This document shows, in pieces, positions 12,405-24,940 of a DNA stretch of 64,000 bases (position 1 is its first letter; each line of letters begins with the position of its first letter). The translations under genes were made by a program, and so were the position numbers. The notes under the pieces were generated by a model. The model saw only the letters and a program-made list of their open reading frames with translations. It was not told where the DNA came from and did no database searches. Location: contig OY740795.1 in NCBI GenBank assembly GCA_963514005.1, positions 50,964,001 to 51,028,000 on the forward strand. The letters run 5' to 3'. Source of the stretch: Raja brachyura. Lineage: Eukaryota.

Positions 12405-13311
12405 TTTTGTACATGGTATCGATCTTCTCACCTCTCAAAAGGATGCGTTATTTAATTTGGTGCTGCCAGTTCACAATTGCTTTCACTGAAGCATTGGTCT
12501 GGACAGAATTACCTGGGATTCCTGCTAATATTTCAACAGTTTCAATGTATTCGCTACGGCACAAATGAGGCCATAAAGCCCATTGTGTCCATGCTAGCTT
12601 TCAGCAGAGAAAGTCAATCTGTTCCACCCCCACCCCACAGCCCCTCCCTTCCTTATTTCCGCGTAGCCTTGAAACATATTCAGTCCCACGCCCCCATCAG
12701 TACCTCCTTTTACTGATCTATACCAAAACATAATCCGTAGTAGCAAATATATCAACCGACACCTCTTTGGAATATGAGATGAAACCGGAGCACCCAGAGG
12801 AAGCCAAACACAGTTACAGGGACATGTCCTTGCAGTCTGTATCTGACCTTGATCCCGGGAGCTGTGAAACAGGAACACTAACCCTTTTAATTCCTTTCAT
12901 TGTATAATGTAAATGAAGGTGAAATGTTGTACTAGTGATGATTAATAGTGAAGCATTCAATAAACTGCACTAATAACAATGCCAGTCATTTTATATGATA
13001 TCACTGCTTGGCGCTGGATCCAAATGGTAGTGTTGACATAAATCTACTATATAATTCACACCATTATAAACTAGAAATATGATCCAACATCCAAGTGTTG
13101 CATTATTTACCTTGATGCATTTTGCTTACATCTACAACCCTGACATACTGGGCTCACTAAAAATATGGGAAACCACCTCTCAAGAAAAAAATCAACATAT
13201 GCTCAAAAGTAAAGCGAATTATTTAATGTTTGAAATGTGATGAATTTAAATGCTGAAGTCTTTTAATTAATGTAAAGTTTAAGCTATGAAAGTCTGAATA
13301 TTTTTTCCATT

Positions 13312-13450
13312 TGTGGTGGATGTTCCACTGTGGTGGATGTTGATGTCAAAATGTATTTTGTTGCTCTTTATTGGTATGACTGTATGGCAAATCAAATTCC
13401 TCGTATATGTTGCAAAACATACCTGGCTAATAAATTACTATTATGATTAT
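13312..13450 (+). mobile_element. 3' end of GC-rich non-autonomous retroelement (copy D) with Rex1/Babar-like tail
   Basis: Core ctgtggtggatgttgatgtc...tttattggtatgactgtatggc. Tail caaattcctcgtat...catacctggctaataaa resembles 53502-53540. Confidence 0.6.
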
Positions 13451-13552
13451 TTACACAGTGTAAAAGATAAAACTCTGTTACACTGTAAATTGTACGATAA
13501 CAATGAAGATATAAACCACAGTTGGAAATAATCTAGAAACAAGGAGCTGCAG

Positions 13553-14410
13553 ATCATAAGGTTATGTGATAGGAGCAGAATTAGGCCATTTGGCCCATCA
13601 AGCCTACTCCGCCATTCAATCATGGCTGATCTATCTCTCCTAACCCCATTCTCCTGCCTTCTCCCCATAACCTCTGACACTTGTACTTATCAGGAATCTA
13701 TCTATCTCTGCCTTAAAAATATTGACTTGGCCTCCACAGCCTTCTGTAGCAAAGAATTCCACAGATTTACCACCCTCTCACTAAAGAAATTTATCCTTCC
13801 TAAAATAACGTCCTTTCATTCTGAAGCGATGACCTCTAGTCCTAGACTCTTCCACTAGTGGAAACATCCTCCGGGAGTCTCCGCAGTCTCCGGGGAGGAA
13901 GTGGCCGCTCCAGACATTTCCAAGCCGCTGAGGAGTGTTCACCCGACGCCGGAGTTGCATCTTCCCGGCAAGAGGGCCTGAAAACATCAGACTGGCTGCG
14001 GAGGCCACAAATAGGCCCCGACCTCGGGTGGTCACAGAGGAAGAGGACTGTGATCACCCGAGTGGAAAATTTTGATTCTGTTGTGGGGGGACGTTCATGT
14101 TGAATTCTATAATGTGTTGTGTCATTTTTCTCTTTTTTAATTTTTCTATGGATGTACGGAAACTTCATTATTGTTTTCTATGTAAAGCACTTTGGTTTCA
14201 ACGTGAGTTGATTTAAACGTGCTATATAAATAAAATGTACTCACTTACTTACTTACATCCTCTCACGTCCACTCTATCCAAGCCTTTCACTTTTCTGTAT
14301 GTTTCAATGAGGTCCCCCCTCATTCTTCTAAACTCCAGTGAGTACAGGCCCAGTGCCAACAAACACTCATCATAGGTTAAGCTACTCATTCCTGGGATCA
14401 TTCTTATAAA
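13553..14410 (-). mobile_element. CR1 LINE 3' fragment split by an insertion at 13872-14254
   Basis: LGLYSLEFRRMRGDLIETY and MFPLVEESRTRGH lie on either side of the insert. Confidence 0.85.
13872..14254 (+). mobile_element. GC-rich non-autonomous retroelement (copy A, 5'-truncated) with L2-like tail
   Basis: 8-bp TSD ACATCCTC (13864-13871 and 14255-14262). Ends tgtaaagcactttgg...gtgctatataaataaa...(TTAC)n. Body is homologous to 47361-48145. Confidence 0.8.
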
Positions 14411-15169
14411 CAGATGTAAGCGGATGCTTGTAGGCAGATGCAGGTTGACAAAAAAAGACACAGTACTGGAGTAACTCAACAGGTCAGGCAGCAACTCTGG
14501 AGAACATGGAGAGGTGATATTTCGGGTCGGGACCCTTCTTCTGCCCATGTTTTCCGGGGATGCTGACTGACCAGCTAAATTACTCCAGCCTTTGTGGGGG
14601 TTTTTGGAAATAATCCAGTTGTGTATAATATGAAGTCGTTTTTAAAATGATATGGACAGGAAAATTTAGCCCATTTATGAAAGACAATGATGCTATGTAA
14701 TTATGGGTCTGCATACAGTGTACAAGCATGATACCAATGAAAGGCATCACATCTTAGAGCAAAGCATCTCCAATCCAAAATATGTACATGGGAAATTTCT
14801 GGATTTGACCAAGAATCGCTGGTAATTAATGGATGATACCAAGGCTCAGAAACATCAGAGCAAATTCCAGGTCACAATAGGTGGAAGAGTCCACCACCCA
14901 GAACATCCAGAGACATGAGAGCAGCTGATCTCCTCTGCCTCATTCAGACTTTACACATGACCTGAAATGTCCTAAGTGTCACTGAGGTTCCCATTATGCC
15001 TAAGAATGCAAAACAGCAAGCTGCTGTAATTAAAATGTGACATTCAAATATACATTCCAAAGATAAGAATCAAATCAGAACAAATAATACTTAAAACACT
15101 TGAAAAATAATAAAATTCAATCATTATTTCAGAATGCATATCAACAAACAGGCAAGTACATGGTCAATC

Positions 15170-15452
15170 AGTGTGGGAAGGAACTGCAGGTGCTGGTTTA
15201 CACCAAAGATAGATACAAAATGCTGGAATAACTCAGTGCGACAGGCAGCATCGCTGGAGAAAAGGAAAAGGTGACGTTTCGGGTCGAGACCCTTCTTCAG
15301 ACTGAGAGTCGGGGGGAGAGGGAAACTAGAGATAAGAAAAGGTTCAAAGAACAAAAGAATGAAAAGTATGAAAAGAACAAATCAAAGCCAGCCAGATGAC
15401 CAAGGCAAGGTTGAGCCCACAATGGTCCATTGTTGGCTGTGGGGAAGGTGAT
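15170..15452 (-). mobile_element. Penelope terminal repeat with an intact hammerhead-like core (15273-15300), sense to the TdT pre-mRNA
   Basis: The plus strand gacgtttcgggtcgagacccttcttcag is the exact reverse complement of the core at 10591-10618. Confidence 0.8.
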
Positions 15453-15610
15453 AGCACATGCACATGAGAAACACAGGCCTTTCAAATGAATCTCAGCTTC
15501 CTTGTTCCATCTTCATCCATGACTTTCAACAGCTGGAAGTAGCATTCTTAACCACAGTACATATTAAAATAATATGTTGGAACATGATAGAGTTTCTCCA
15601 TTTTACCCAC

Positions 15611-15743
15611 CTTCTGAATCCTCCTGTTAACGTCACCTTGGCATCAGGGGTACATTGAACGACAATATCTTTGATTATTTGAATCACTGCTTCAGCTTCT
15701 GCTTTTCTTACAGCTTGTAGGATATCTTCATAGTACAAGAACC
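15611..15743 (-). CDS. DNTT: TdT coding exon (exon 7 equivalent; palm, GGFRR nucleotidyltransferase motif)
   Basis: ctcctcag|GGTTC...TTCAGAAG|gtgggt. 133 nt encoding (G)FLYYEDILQAVRKAEAEAVIQIIKDIVVQCTPDAKVTLTGGFR(R). The phase-1 start matches the end of the previous exon. Confidence 0.97.
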
Positions 15744-15872
15744 CTGAGGAGTAGATAGCTTTGTTACACAAAGTTATGCCACAGTTAAGGCAGAAAGCTG
15801 AAAGTACAAATCTTTATGTTTTGCATCCAAAATAGCTTATCATTCCATCCCAGCTGCCAGAGTACCACACTC

Positions 15873-16160
15873 TAGTTTAGTTCAGAAATACAGCACGGAA
15901 ACAGGCTCTTCGGCCCACCGAGTCCATGCTGACCGGCGATTCCATCACATTAATGCTATCCTACACACACTAGGGACAATATACAATTTTTACCAAGCCA
16001 ATTGACCTACAAACCTGCACGTCTTTGGAGTGTGGGAGAAAACTAGAGTTCTCGAGGAAAACGCATGCAGGTCACTGGGTGAACGTACAAACTATGGACA
16101 AGCCAGGTCTCCGGCAATGTGAGGGGGCAACTCTCCCGCTGCACCACTGTGCCCCCCGCA
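15873..16160 (-). mobile_element. V-SINE (HE1-like)
   Basis: (TTTAG)n tail, ggaaacaggctcttcggcccac, V-domain ttggagtgtgggagaaaac and tRNA-like head, all in reverse. Confidence 0.85.
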
Positions 16161-17569
16161 CTAAACATAAATAGCACAAATAACAAGGTTTAAGAAGGAA
16201 CTGCAGATGCTGGAAAAATCGAAGGTAGATTAAAATGCTGGAGAAACTCAGTGGGTGAGGCAGCATCTACGGAGCTAAGGAATAGGTGACGTTTCAGGTC
16301 GAGTAGATGCTACTGAATAATAAGGTTCGTAGGTTCACTATGGGTACCGATTTATGAATCAGACAGAGACTCAAGAATTCTTGCTTACTTCAACAAATTC
16401 AGAAATGTCAAGTAAATTCATCATAGTACATTAGTCTGAGTGATACCAGGTCAGTGTTGACAGTGTTGGTCCATGCTTCAGATAATGGAGTCAGGCCAAA
16501 GGACAATACTATATCATGCAAAGCTCAGTGAGTTCACACTGAAGTCATTAACTTTAAATGAGAGGGCATTATCTGCAGAGTCTCTATAGCATATATCAAC
16601 TTAGAGCAACAATGCTAGTGCCTCCTGCAGTCAAAGGTGCTCTAAATCCTGAAGCCACACAATGAGGTAATTAAGGTTTGATCGGTTTGGTCAGGCAGTC
16701 AGGCTGATCCCCCCCCTCCCACCAGATATTCTGGCATTGCACGAGGTTTGTTGCTGAAGATCCAGGCAAGGATATGATTGAAGCTGGGAGGGCAGTAGGG
16801 CGACAGGTATCAGAGCAGCAGGAATTACAGATGCCTCACAGCTCCTGCCACCAGGCTTCAATCCTGATCCTGGTGCTGCTTGTGTGGAGTTTGCATGCTC
16901 TCCCTGCGACCGAGTGGGTTTCCACCAAGTGCTCCAGTGTCCTCCCACTACCCAGAGATGTCCCGTGTAGGAAGGAACCGCAGATGTTGGTTTAAACCAA
17001 AAATAGACACAAAAAGCTGGAGTAACTCAGCGGGACAGGCAGCATCTCAAGAGAGAAGGAATGGGTGATGTTTCGGGTCGAGACCCATCTTGAATCAAAG
17101 CTGTTCCGGTGGGTAGACTAACTGGTTACTGTAACTTACCCCTGAGTGGAGGTGGGTGGCAAGTGAATCAGGATGGAGTTAATTGGCATGGGAGAGAGAG
17201 AATAGGTATTGGAAAATAAGCAGGGACTGGGTTTGATGGGGTTGGTCGGAGAGTCGACAATGACTTGATGTGGCAAATTGCTTCCTTCTATTTTGCGAGA
17301 AACAATATGAGAATGTGTGCAGTTTCAGTTCAGTTTATTGCCGTGTGTATCGAGGTACAGCTGTTAACCATTTGAGTCTGATTGAAGTGTCTTTTAAAAG
17401 TTGTGAAATCTATATTCCTGCGGATTCCCTTAACGCCATATCATTATGCACAAATTCACGGGACACATCAGCGGGGACCGCAACAGGCCAACTTTCTCCA
17501 CACACTTCAAAAGACCTGTAGGAGCCCCATCCAAACACCACACAGCAGTGAATATAGTGGCAGGATTTA

Positions 17570-17843
17570 GGGTATAAGGTCGTAAGGTCATAAGTGATAG
17601 GAGTAGAATTAGATCAATCGGCCCATCAAGTCTACTCCTCCATTTAATCATGACTGATCTATCTCTCCTTCCTAACCCCATTCTCCTGCCTTCTCCCCAT
17701 AATCTATGACATCTGAACTAATCAAAAATCTATCTATCTCTGCCTTAATAATATCCACTGACTTGGCATCTACAGCCTTCTATGGCAAAGAATTCCATAG
17801 ATTCACCACCCTCTGACTAAAGAAATGTCTCCTCATCTCCTTT
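17570..17843 (-). mobile_element. CR1 LINE 3' fragment
   Basis: Reverse complement of the CR1 3' end; homologous to 13553-13800. Confidence 0.8.
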
Positions 17844-18964
17844 AGGTTGGGGCTTGGATCCCTGGATGGATCTCAAGGTGGTCATGGTGTTGCAACAGTC
17901 TCCAGAGAATTACACCATTGCCAACCACACGTACTTCTGCTGGCCATACACCAGGTAGCGCAGAGGTTTCATGTTGTGGTTACCGCAGGACAAAGCCAAG
18001 ATCAGTTAAATATTTCCAAAGTATATGGAACTGTGCCACATCTCTTCACTTCCTGCTTTGATATCGATGGTCTGGGACTTTCCCCAAGAGCTTACAACTG
18101 CACAATGTGGGGATGTTAAAATCCCTACGATGCGCTGGAATGTAAATCTCAAAAAGCAAAATGCTGCAGGGACTAGAAATCGGACTTGAAAAAGAAAAGC
18201 TGTAAATACTAAGAAGTTTTGGCAGTATCAGCGGGAAGAGAAACATTTAATGGGCCTTTGAGAGGTAATGACCTTTGAGAGATCATAAACGTTCATGTAA
18301 CCTTTGATACAGGTTAATGATCTTTCATCAGAACTGAGTGAAATTGGAAACCAAACATGGAAAGGAAGGAGAGAATGGAGCAGAGAAAGGAATGAGGGAA
18401 AGGGAATGGAAAGAACAAAGGGAATTGGTGTGAAAGGTTGGAGAACACGAGACAGCGAAGATGGTACCCGCTCGAGAGAGGGAGGTGAAGGCTTGTTCAT
18501 TGTGGCTGGGCTGTCTGGAGGACATGTAAAGCCAAGGAGATGAATTAGAATAGGGAAGAGACCAGGAGAAAGAATGCCAGAGCTGTGAGATACAAACTAT
18601 GGCAGTTGCTGGAATTCTGAAGTAGAGGAAAATGCACAAAATACTCAGTTTGAAGACTTTTTTGTCAGAATGGGAAAGGCTGGAATATAACTATCACCTC
18701 ATTTGTCTAGGAAAAATGCCAGTTTTAGTAACATGTACAAGGAGCAGACTTAAATATTTCCTCCAGCCTCCTGAAGCTACAAAGAACAGTAAATACCATT
18801 TCAGGAAGGGGCTAGAAGTCTGATTTCTAAGTTTGGATGGCAACTCTATAACTTCCACATTGTCAGCCATTATTATAGCTGTCCAGCAGTTGGTTTTCTT
18901 TCTCTCAGCCCAGATTCAAATCTTGAATTGCAATAAATAAAGATGTTGGAGCTACATCTACAGT

Positions 18965-19097
18965 GTGTAGGAAGGAACTGTAGATGCCAGTTTACACCGA
19001 AGATACATACAAAATGCCGGAGTAATTCAGCGTGACAGGCAGCAGCTCTGGAGAGGAGGAACGGGTGACGTTTCGGGTCGAGACCCTTCTTCAGACT
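18965..19097 (-). mobile_element. Penelope terminal repeat with an intact hammerhead-like core (19067-19094)
   Basis: Contains the same 28-nt core as 15273-15300. Confidence 0.8.
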
Positions 19098-19647
19098 CTA
19101 CAGTGTGTTCTGGGCTGCCCGTGTTTAAGGTCTAGGGGCCACACCCAGAAAGGGTGTCTTTGGTGAGATAAGGGGCATGAGAGTGGTGGGCATGGATGAG
19201 TGCTGTGGTGATGAGGGAGATCAGGGTCAACATTTCCTCACTCAATGGCAGTATGATTTATTTAAATAGGTGAAATTGGGTCAACTTCTTCAAAGTGGGC
19301 TACATTATTTCAGTGCGCAATAAATATTCTCCTTCAACTATTTTGTTTAACATGAAATTTAAATGAAGGGGGTTAGTCCCTGGTTGACCCAGGACCTGTC
19401 ACCACTGATTTCTAGTCAGTTTGATAGTCAAGGAGCATCGCCTCCAGTTTCTGGAATTTTGTGGCCCAAATCAGTCAAATAACAAATATTATATTCCACT
19501 GCATTATAATATGAATGTTTATTTCTATTGCTATCTCCTTTTCTTCAGTTGTTTAAAAAAAACTTATAATTTCCTACAGCAAGCTTGACCTGGGCTAATA
19601 CCTGCAAATTTCTATTGTTGATCTTTGCCAATGACCAAAGTCACTAA

Positions 19648-19970
19648 AAGCCCTGTCCCACTGTACGAGTTCATTCAAGAGTTCTCCCCGAGTTTGCCCT
19701 GATTCGAACTCGGAGATTTACGGTAATGGCCTCTAACGGTCAGGACTCAGGGCTCTCGTGGACATTTTTCAACATGTTAAAAAATCTTCACGAGTCTTCC
19801 CGAGCTTACCGCGTTTCCCGAGTACCTGCCGTTAGCGTTACGAGCTGCTAAGAGACGTTCCTGAGCTCCGACGTACCCGCTACGTACATTCTACGTGCTT
19901 CCACGAGTTTGATTTATTTTTTTTAACTCGGGAGAGCTCTTGAATGAACTCGTACAGTGGGACAGGGCTT
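19648..19970. mobile_element. PIF/Harbinger-type MITE family B, copy 1
   Basis: Long TIRs aagccctgtcccactgtacgagttcattcaagag ... ctcttgaatgaactcgtacagtgggacagggctt; second copy at 48458-48765. Confidence 0.85.
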
Positions 19971-21524
19971 TTTGTCTCTTTTAGGTGTCTGCTATTGTTT
20001 AGTTTAGAAGAATCATTTTAGTCGAACAATGACCATCGGTGAGAAGATAACAAATCATATGGCGCTGACTGATGTCTGGAGGTGACATCTTTGAAGTTAC
20101 TGGCAATAGCTATTTTTTCTTTTATTATTAATATTACGCCTTGTTATAATAATATTATATCAGAATATCCAATTAAATATTTATGATAATTGATTTGCTT
20201 TTGATTTGGTCAAAGAATGACAAATTGAGTATATTGTTAATTAATGAGCTAAGGAATAGTTACGTGATATTTTCCTGTTTTTATCAGATCTTTCTATGAA
20301 TAAAGTCCACTAAACTATCAGAATACTGTGCTTTCGTTTGGTGAAATTGAAGGCTCGATATATCAAATTAAATCCAATATCAGAAAAGGAACATGAATAG
20401 CTATTACATCATATTAAGTCCCTTGGTCATGGAACATGTTATAGTCTGATATCATTCCATTTTTAATAGTCCTATATCATTCCATTTTAAAGTTTCTTCA
20501 CAACTGTTATCAGCAACTGAACTGTCCTCTCACCAGCTGGTGCAGTCTTGACTTCCCATCTACCTCATTGAAAACCTTTGAACTATCTTTGATTGGACGT
20601 TATCTTGCACCTTTTATCCTTTCCCTGTGCACTGTGGATGGCCTGATTGTAATCATATGCAGTCTTTTCTGTGACTGAATCACATGCAATAAAAACTATG
20701 CACTGTACCGACGGCGCATGTGATAATACAAAGTAAACTAAGTCAAAGCTTAGACTTTAAGCCTCATTAGTGTGAGCTCATTACAAGTTAAAAAAGATCT
20801 CAACCCTGAGCAAGTCGTCATTGTTTGAGGCCAACGCAGAATAATGGTGCCAACAGCAGGATTCCAAACACCAAGAGCAAGCCCACTCCCACAGTAACAT
20901 TGCTACTTATGCACCAGCACATTATTGATCTCACTAAGTCTATTAATCCCAACGTCAACATGGAAGATGTTCTAGAGCAGAAAAGCAGCGCGCCCGTAAA
21001 GAATTCTGATGCCTCCTTGCCAATATCCCAGCTTAATGTCAACTTCCGCAAGCCAGTCCTGGTAAAATAAGGCACATGAGATACAGACGCAAAACATATT
21101 TACCTTTCATTCCCCCTGCACCTGATTGTGCTAGCTCTTGCCCTCCCCCTCCCATACCCCATTATATTGGCTACCTCCCCTCTACTGTTTCAGTGGAGAT
21201 GAAGCATCTCAACCTGCAATGTCAACCACCTTTGATTTCCCTCCAGAAACGCTGTCAGATCCATTGGGTTCCTCGAGCAGTTCTTCTGTTTTTGCCAATG
21301 TGAAAGGCCATTGAGATAGATGAGAAGAAAATAGGCCAATGTTTGAGACTCCACTAACATTACTAGGGCAGGGTGGCAGATGAAGGAAATGGATGTGCAG
21401 GGAAAGCAGTGATGTGGACCGAGTGCAGGCAGAGGATATTCACCTGGTGCCATGTTTGGCACAGACATTGCGGGTCGAAGGTCCTGTTTCTACGCTATAC
21501 TGTTCAATATTCAATGAAAATTTG

Positions 21525-22103
21525 AATATAGGAGAATAGGTCCTTCTGCAGTTGTACAGGGCCCTGGTGTGACCACATCTGAAGTATTGTGTGCAATTTT
21601 AGTCTCCTAATTTGAGGAAGGACATCCTGGCTATTTGAAGCAGTGCAGCGTGGGTTCACAAGGTTAATTCCTGGGATGGCGGGACTGTTCATATGAGGAA
21701 AGATTGTAAAGACTGGGCTTGTATTCACTGGAATTTAGAAGGATGAGAGGGGATCTTATAAAAATGTATAAAATTATAAAAGGACTGGAAAAGCTAGATG
21801 CAGGAGAAATGTTCCCAATGTTGGGGGAATCCAGAACCAGTCTAAGAATAAATGGGAAGCCATTTATAACTGAGATGTGAAAAAGAGTTGTGAATTTGTG
21901 GAATTCTCTGCCAAAGAAGGCAGTAGAGGCCAATTCACTGAATGAATTTAAAAGAGAGTTAGATAGAGCTCTGGGGGCTAGCAGAATCAAGGGATATGGG
22001 GAGAAGGCAGGCACAGGTTACTGATTGTGGATGATCAGGCATAATCACAATGAATCGATGGGCCAAATGGTCTCCTCCTGCACCTATTTTCTATGTTTCT
22101 ATG
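21525..22103 (+). mobile_element. CR1 LINE 3' fragment
   Basis: Collinear with 24180-24800; ends ttctatgtttctat. Confidence 0.9.
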
Positions 22104-22385
22104 AAAACAAAGGCAAACTGATAGCATCAGTTTATGACATTCTTGTATCAAGATTAGGAAGGAAATTCAAAACCAACCTGCCACGCTTCTCAACACACAG
22201 ATGCATCCTGCAGCAAATTTGAGCTTACCTTTGCCTTGGTGTCAACATATTAATCACAATCCGTATAGAAGCAGGGAAGAAGCAAAGAGAGAATTGAAAT
22301 AAACATAATCATTGATGAGTTTGGTTTTGCCCATTGAGTTAATACTGTGCACAATATATGTACAATTCACCGTTCCAAATATTAC

Positions 22386-22509
22386 CTGCCTTCTGCATTT
22401 TTGTAAACGTGATATCCTTTCTTGCTTTTATTTCCTCCAAAGTCCGAAAGCCTAGTCCATACCACTTGTCAGCTGTCTTCACACCAACACCAAAGACACT
22501 GGTGAATAG
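22386..22509 (-). CDS. DNTT: TdT coding exon (exon 6 equivalent; fingers HhH motif)
   Basis: ttactgcag|CTA...AAGGCAG|gtaat. 124 nt encoding LFTSVFGVGVKTADKWYGLGFRTLEEIKARKDITFTKMQKA plus 1 nt of the next codon. Confidence 0.97.
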
Positions 22510-23123
22510 CTGCAGTAACATAATTTGCATTGACTGGAGGTAATTGCTCTGTTAAGGTTCATAGCTGCATCATATACATTCTTAGAAATGCTTCAAAATA
22601 TCAAAAATAATGAAGTCTTAAGAATAAATATGCAAACTTTCTCAGGCAGGCTAATACTAACTGAAAATAAATGGTTATTAACATGTTAACTCTGAGTCAC
22701 ACAAAATTAAATTAGAGGAGTTCTATAGTTTTATATATCATGAGCTCAGCTTCAATATATTAGACATAAGAAGTATTAATTTTGCTGCAAATGTTTACCC
22801 TCCGTTGCTACTTTACCCATTACATAACATTATTCAGAAGATAGACTGAAAAAGCTGGAGTAACTCTGTGGGACAGGCAGCATCTCTGGATAGAAGGAAT
22901 GGGTGACGTTTTGGGATGAGACCCTTCTTCAGACTGAGAGTCAGGGGAGAGGGAGACACGGAGATAAGGTCGGGTAAGGTGTGAAAACGTGACATCAAAA
23001 GAGATACAGCTCCACAAAATGCAGAATATATCATTGTTAGCTATGAGAAGGTGACAACAAAGCAAACAGAGATAAAATGTAAGCGGGGGGGGTGGGGAGG
23101 GGGTACAGTCAGACTGTTTGGAG

Positions 23124-23527
23124 CAAAGATCCTATAGCGAGCAAGATAGACCACTCGACGAAAAAGACGTAGTACAGTCATGGGCAAATTCATGGGTAAT
23201 TGTCGGCCCCATTTCCGTAACCGGCTTCCATCTCTGCACCAAAGATCCCATAGCGGAGCAAAGATACTAGTGCGGAGACGGAAACTGGTTACAGAAACAT
23301 CCTTGTAAAAATAAAAGTTATTTGGTAAAAATCTTCTCCACATTTTCAGAATTATAATTTATTAACACAAACTCTTCCCCCGCATCGTTGATTACACTGC
23401 GAGTTGGGTCGGGTCGGGTTACTGAAATGGATGAAAAAAAGGCCCACGTTCCACTCCGTTGCGTATTACATGTCAGCCCATTGCATTTAGAAGGAGTGGT
23501 CTATCTTGCTCCGCTATAGAATCTTTG
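23124..23527. mobile_element. hAT-type MITE inserted at the end of a Penelope fragment (22840-23123)
   Basis: TIRs caaagatcctatagcgagcaagatagaccactc / gagtggtctatcttgctccgctatagaatctttg, with a perfect 8-bp TSD GTTTGGAG (23116-23123 and 23528-23535). Confidence 0.9.
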
Positions 23528-23715
23528 GTTTGGAGAACATTATTTATTACACTTTCAATCCTTAACACACAACCCATTCATTACGCACATTCCTCCAGTG
23601 CCTACCAACACCTATTAGACATTCCAGTTGCCCACCTAACATGATATTCCTTTCCACTGATATCTACAATGGGTTGGTGCCCTGCAACATGTTCATATTT
23701 CCCAGTACATTCTCT

Positions 23716-24814
23716 ATATGCAAAGAGTAGGAGTTAACGGGTCGTTTTCACAATGGCAGGCAGTGACTAGTGGGGTACCGCAAGGCTCAGTGCTGGGACC
23801 CCAGCTATTTACAATATACATAAATGATCTGGATGAGGGAATTGAAGGCAATATCTCCAAGTTTGCGGATGACACTAAGCTGGGGGGCAGTGTTAGCTGT
23901 GAGGAGGATGCTAGGAGAATGCAAGGTGACTTGGATAGGCTGGGTGAGTGGGCAAATGTTTGGCAGATGCAGTATAATGTGGATAAATGTGAGGTTATCC
24001 ACTTTGGTGGCAAAAATAGGAAAACCGACTACCATCTAAATGGTGGCCGATTAGGAAAAGGGGAGATGCAACGCGACCTGGGTGTCATGGTACACCAGTC
24101 ATTGAAAGTAGGCATGCAGGTACAACAGGCAGTGAAGAAAGCCAATGGTATGTTAGCTTTCATAGCAAAAGGATTTGAGTATAGGAGCAGGGAGGTTCTA
24201 CTTCAGTTGTATAGGGTCTTGGTGAGGCCACACCTGGAGTATTGCGTACAGTTCTGGTCTCCAAATCTGAGGAAGGACATTATTGCCATAGAGGGAGTGC
24301 AGCGAAGGTTCACCAGACTGATTCCTGGGATGTCAGGACTGTCTTATGAACAAAGACTGCATAGACTCGGTTTATACTCTCTAGAATTTAGGAGATTGAG
24401 AGGGGATCTTATAGAAACTTACAAAATTCTTAAGGGGTTGGACAGGCTAGATGCAGGAATATTGTTCCTGATGTTGGGGACGTCCAGGACAAGGGGTCAC
24501 AGCTTAAGGATAAGGGGGAAATCCTTTAGGACCGAGATGAGAAGGAATTTTTTCACACAGAGAGTGGTGGGTCTCTGGAATTCTCTGCCACAGAGGGTAG
24601 TTGAGGCCAGTTCATTGGCTATATTTAAGAGGGAGTTAGATGTGGCCCTTGTGGCTAAGGGGATCAGAGGGTATGGAGAGAAGGCAGGTACGGGATACTG
24701 AGTTGGATGATCAGCCATGATCATATTGAATGGCGGTGCAGGCTCGAAGGGCCGAATGGCCTATTCCTGCACCTAATTTCTATGTTTCTATGTTTCTATG
24801 TTTCTATGTTTCTA
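23716..24814 (+). mobile_element. Young 5'-truncated CR1 LINE with an open RT C-terminal frame (327 aa)
   Basis: [31 protein letters not shown] with no stops over 23718-24701; (TTTCTATG)n tail. Confidence 0.95.
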
Positions 24815-24868
24815 TAATCACTGTAAACAATTTGAAACTTGTGCTGTCGCCCATTGTCTAGTATTTAC

Positions 24869-24940
24869 CTTTCTTGCTTTATACTTCTCATCGCACAACA
24901 AACTTTCAACCTTGGAGCAAACTCTTTCTTCCAGAATTTC
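24869..24940 (-). CDS. DNTT: TdT coding exon (exon 5 equivalent)
   Basis: gttcatacag|GAA...AGAAAG|gtaaat. 72 nt encoding EILEERVCSKVESLLCDEKYKARK (human [24 protein letters not shown], also 24 aa). Phase 0/0 joins the exons on either side in frame. Confidence 0.93.

Noticed and set aside
20818-21075. Minus-strand ORF with a transmembrane-like stretch (VTVGVGLLLVFGILLLAPLF); considered as a nested gene or alternative exon
   Set aside because: No recognisable homology and no ATG at the ORF start. Splicing from exon 6 to the nearby AG gives a stop within a few codons.
23718-24701. 327-aa, 313-aa (52480), 267-aa and 240-aa ORFs as host genes or active LINEs
   Set aside because: They are truncated LINE ORF2 fragments with no ORF1 or complete endonuclease-RT frame.
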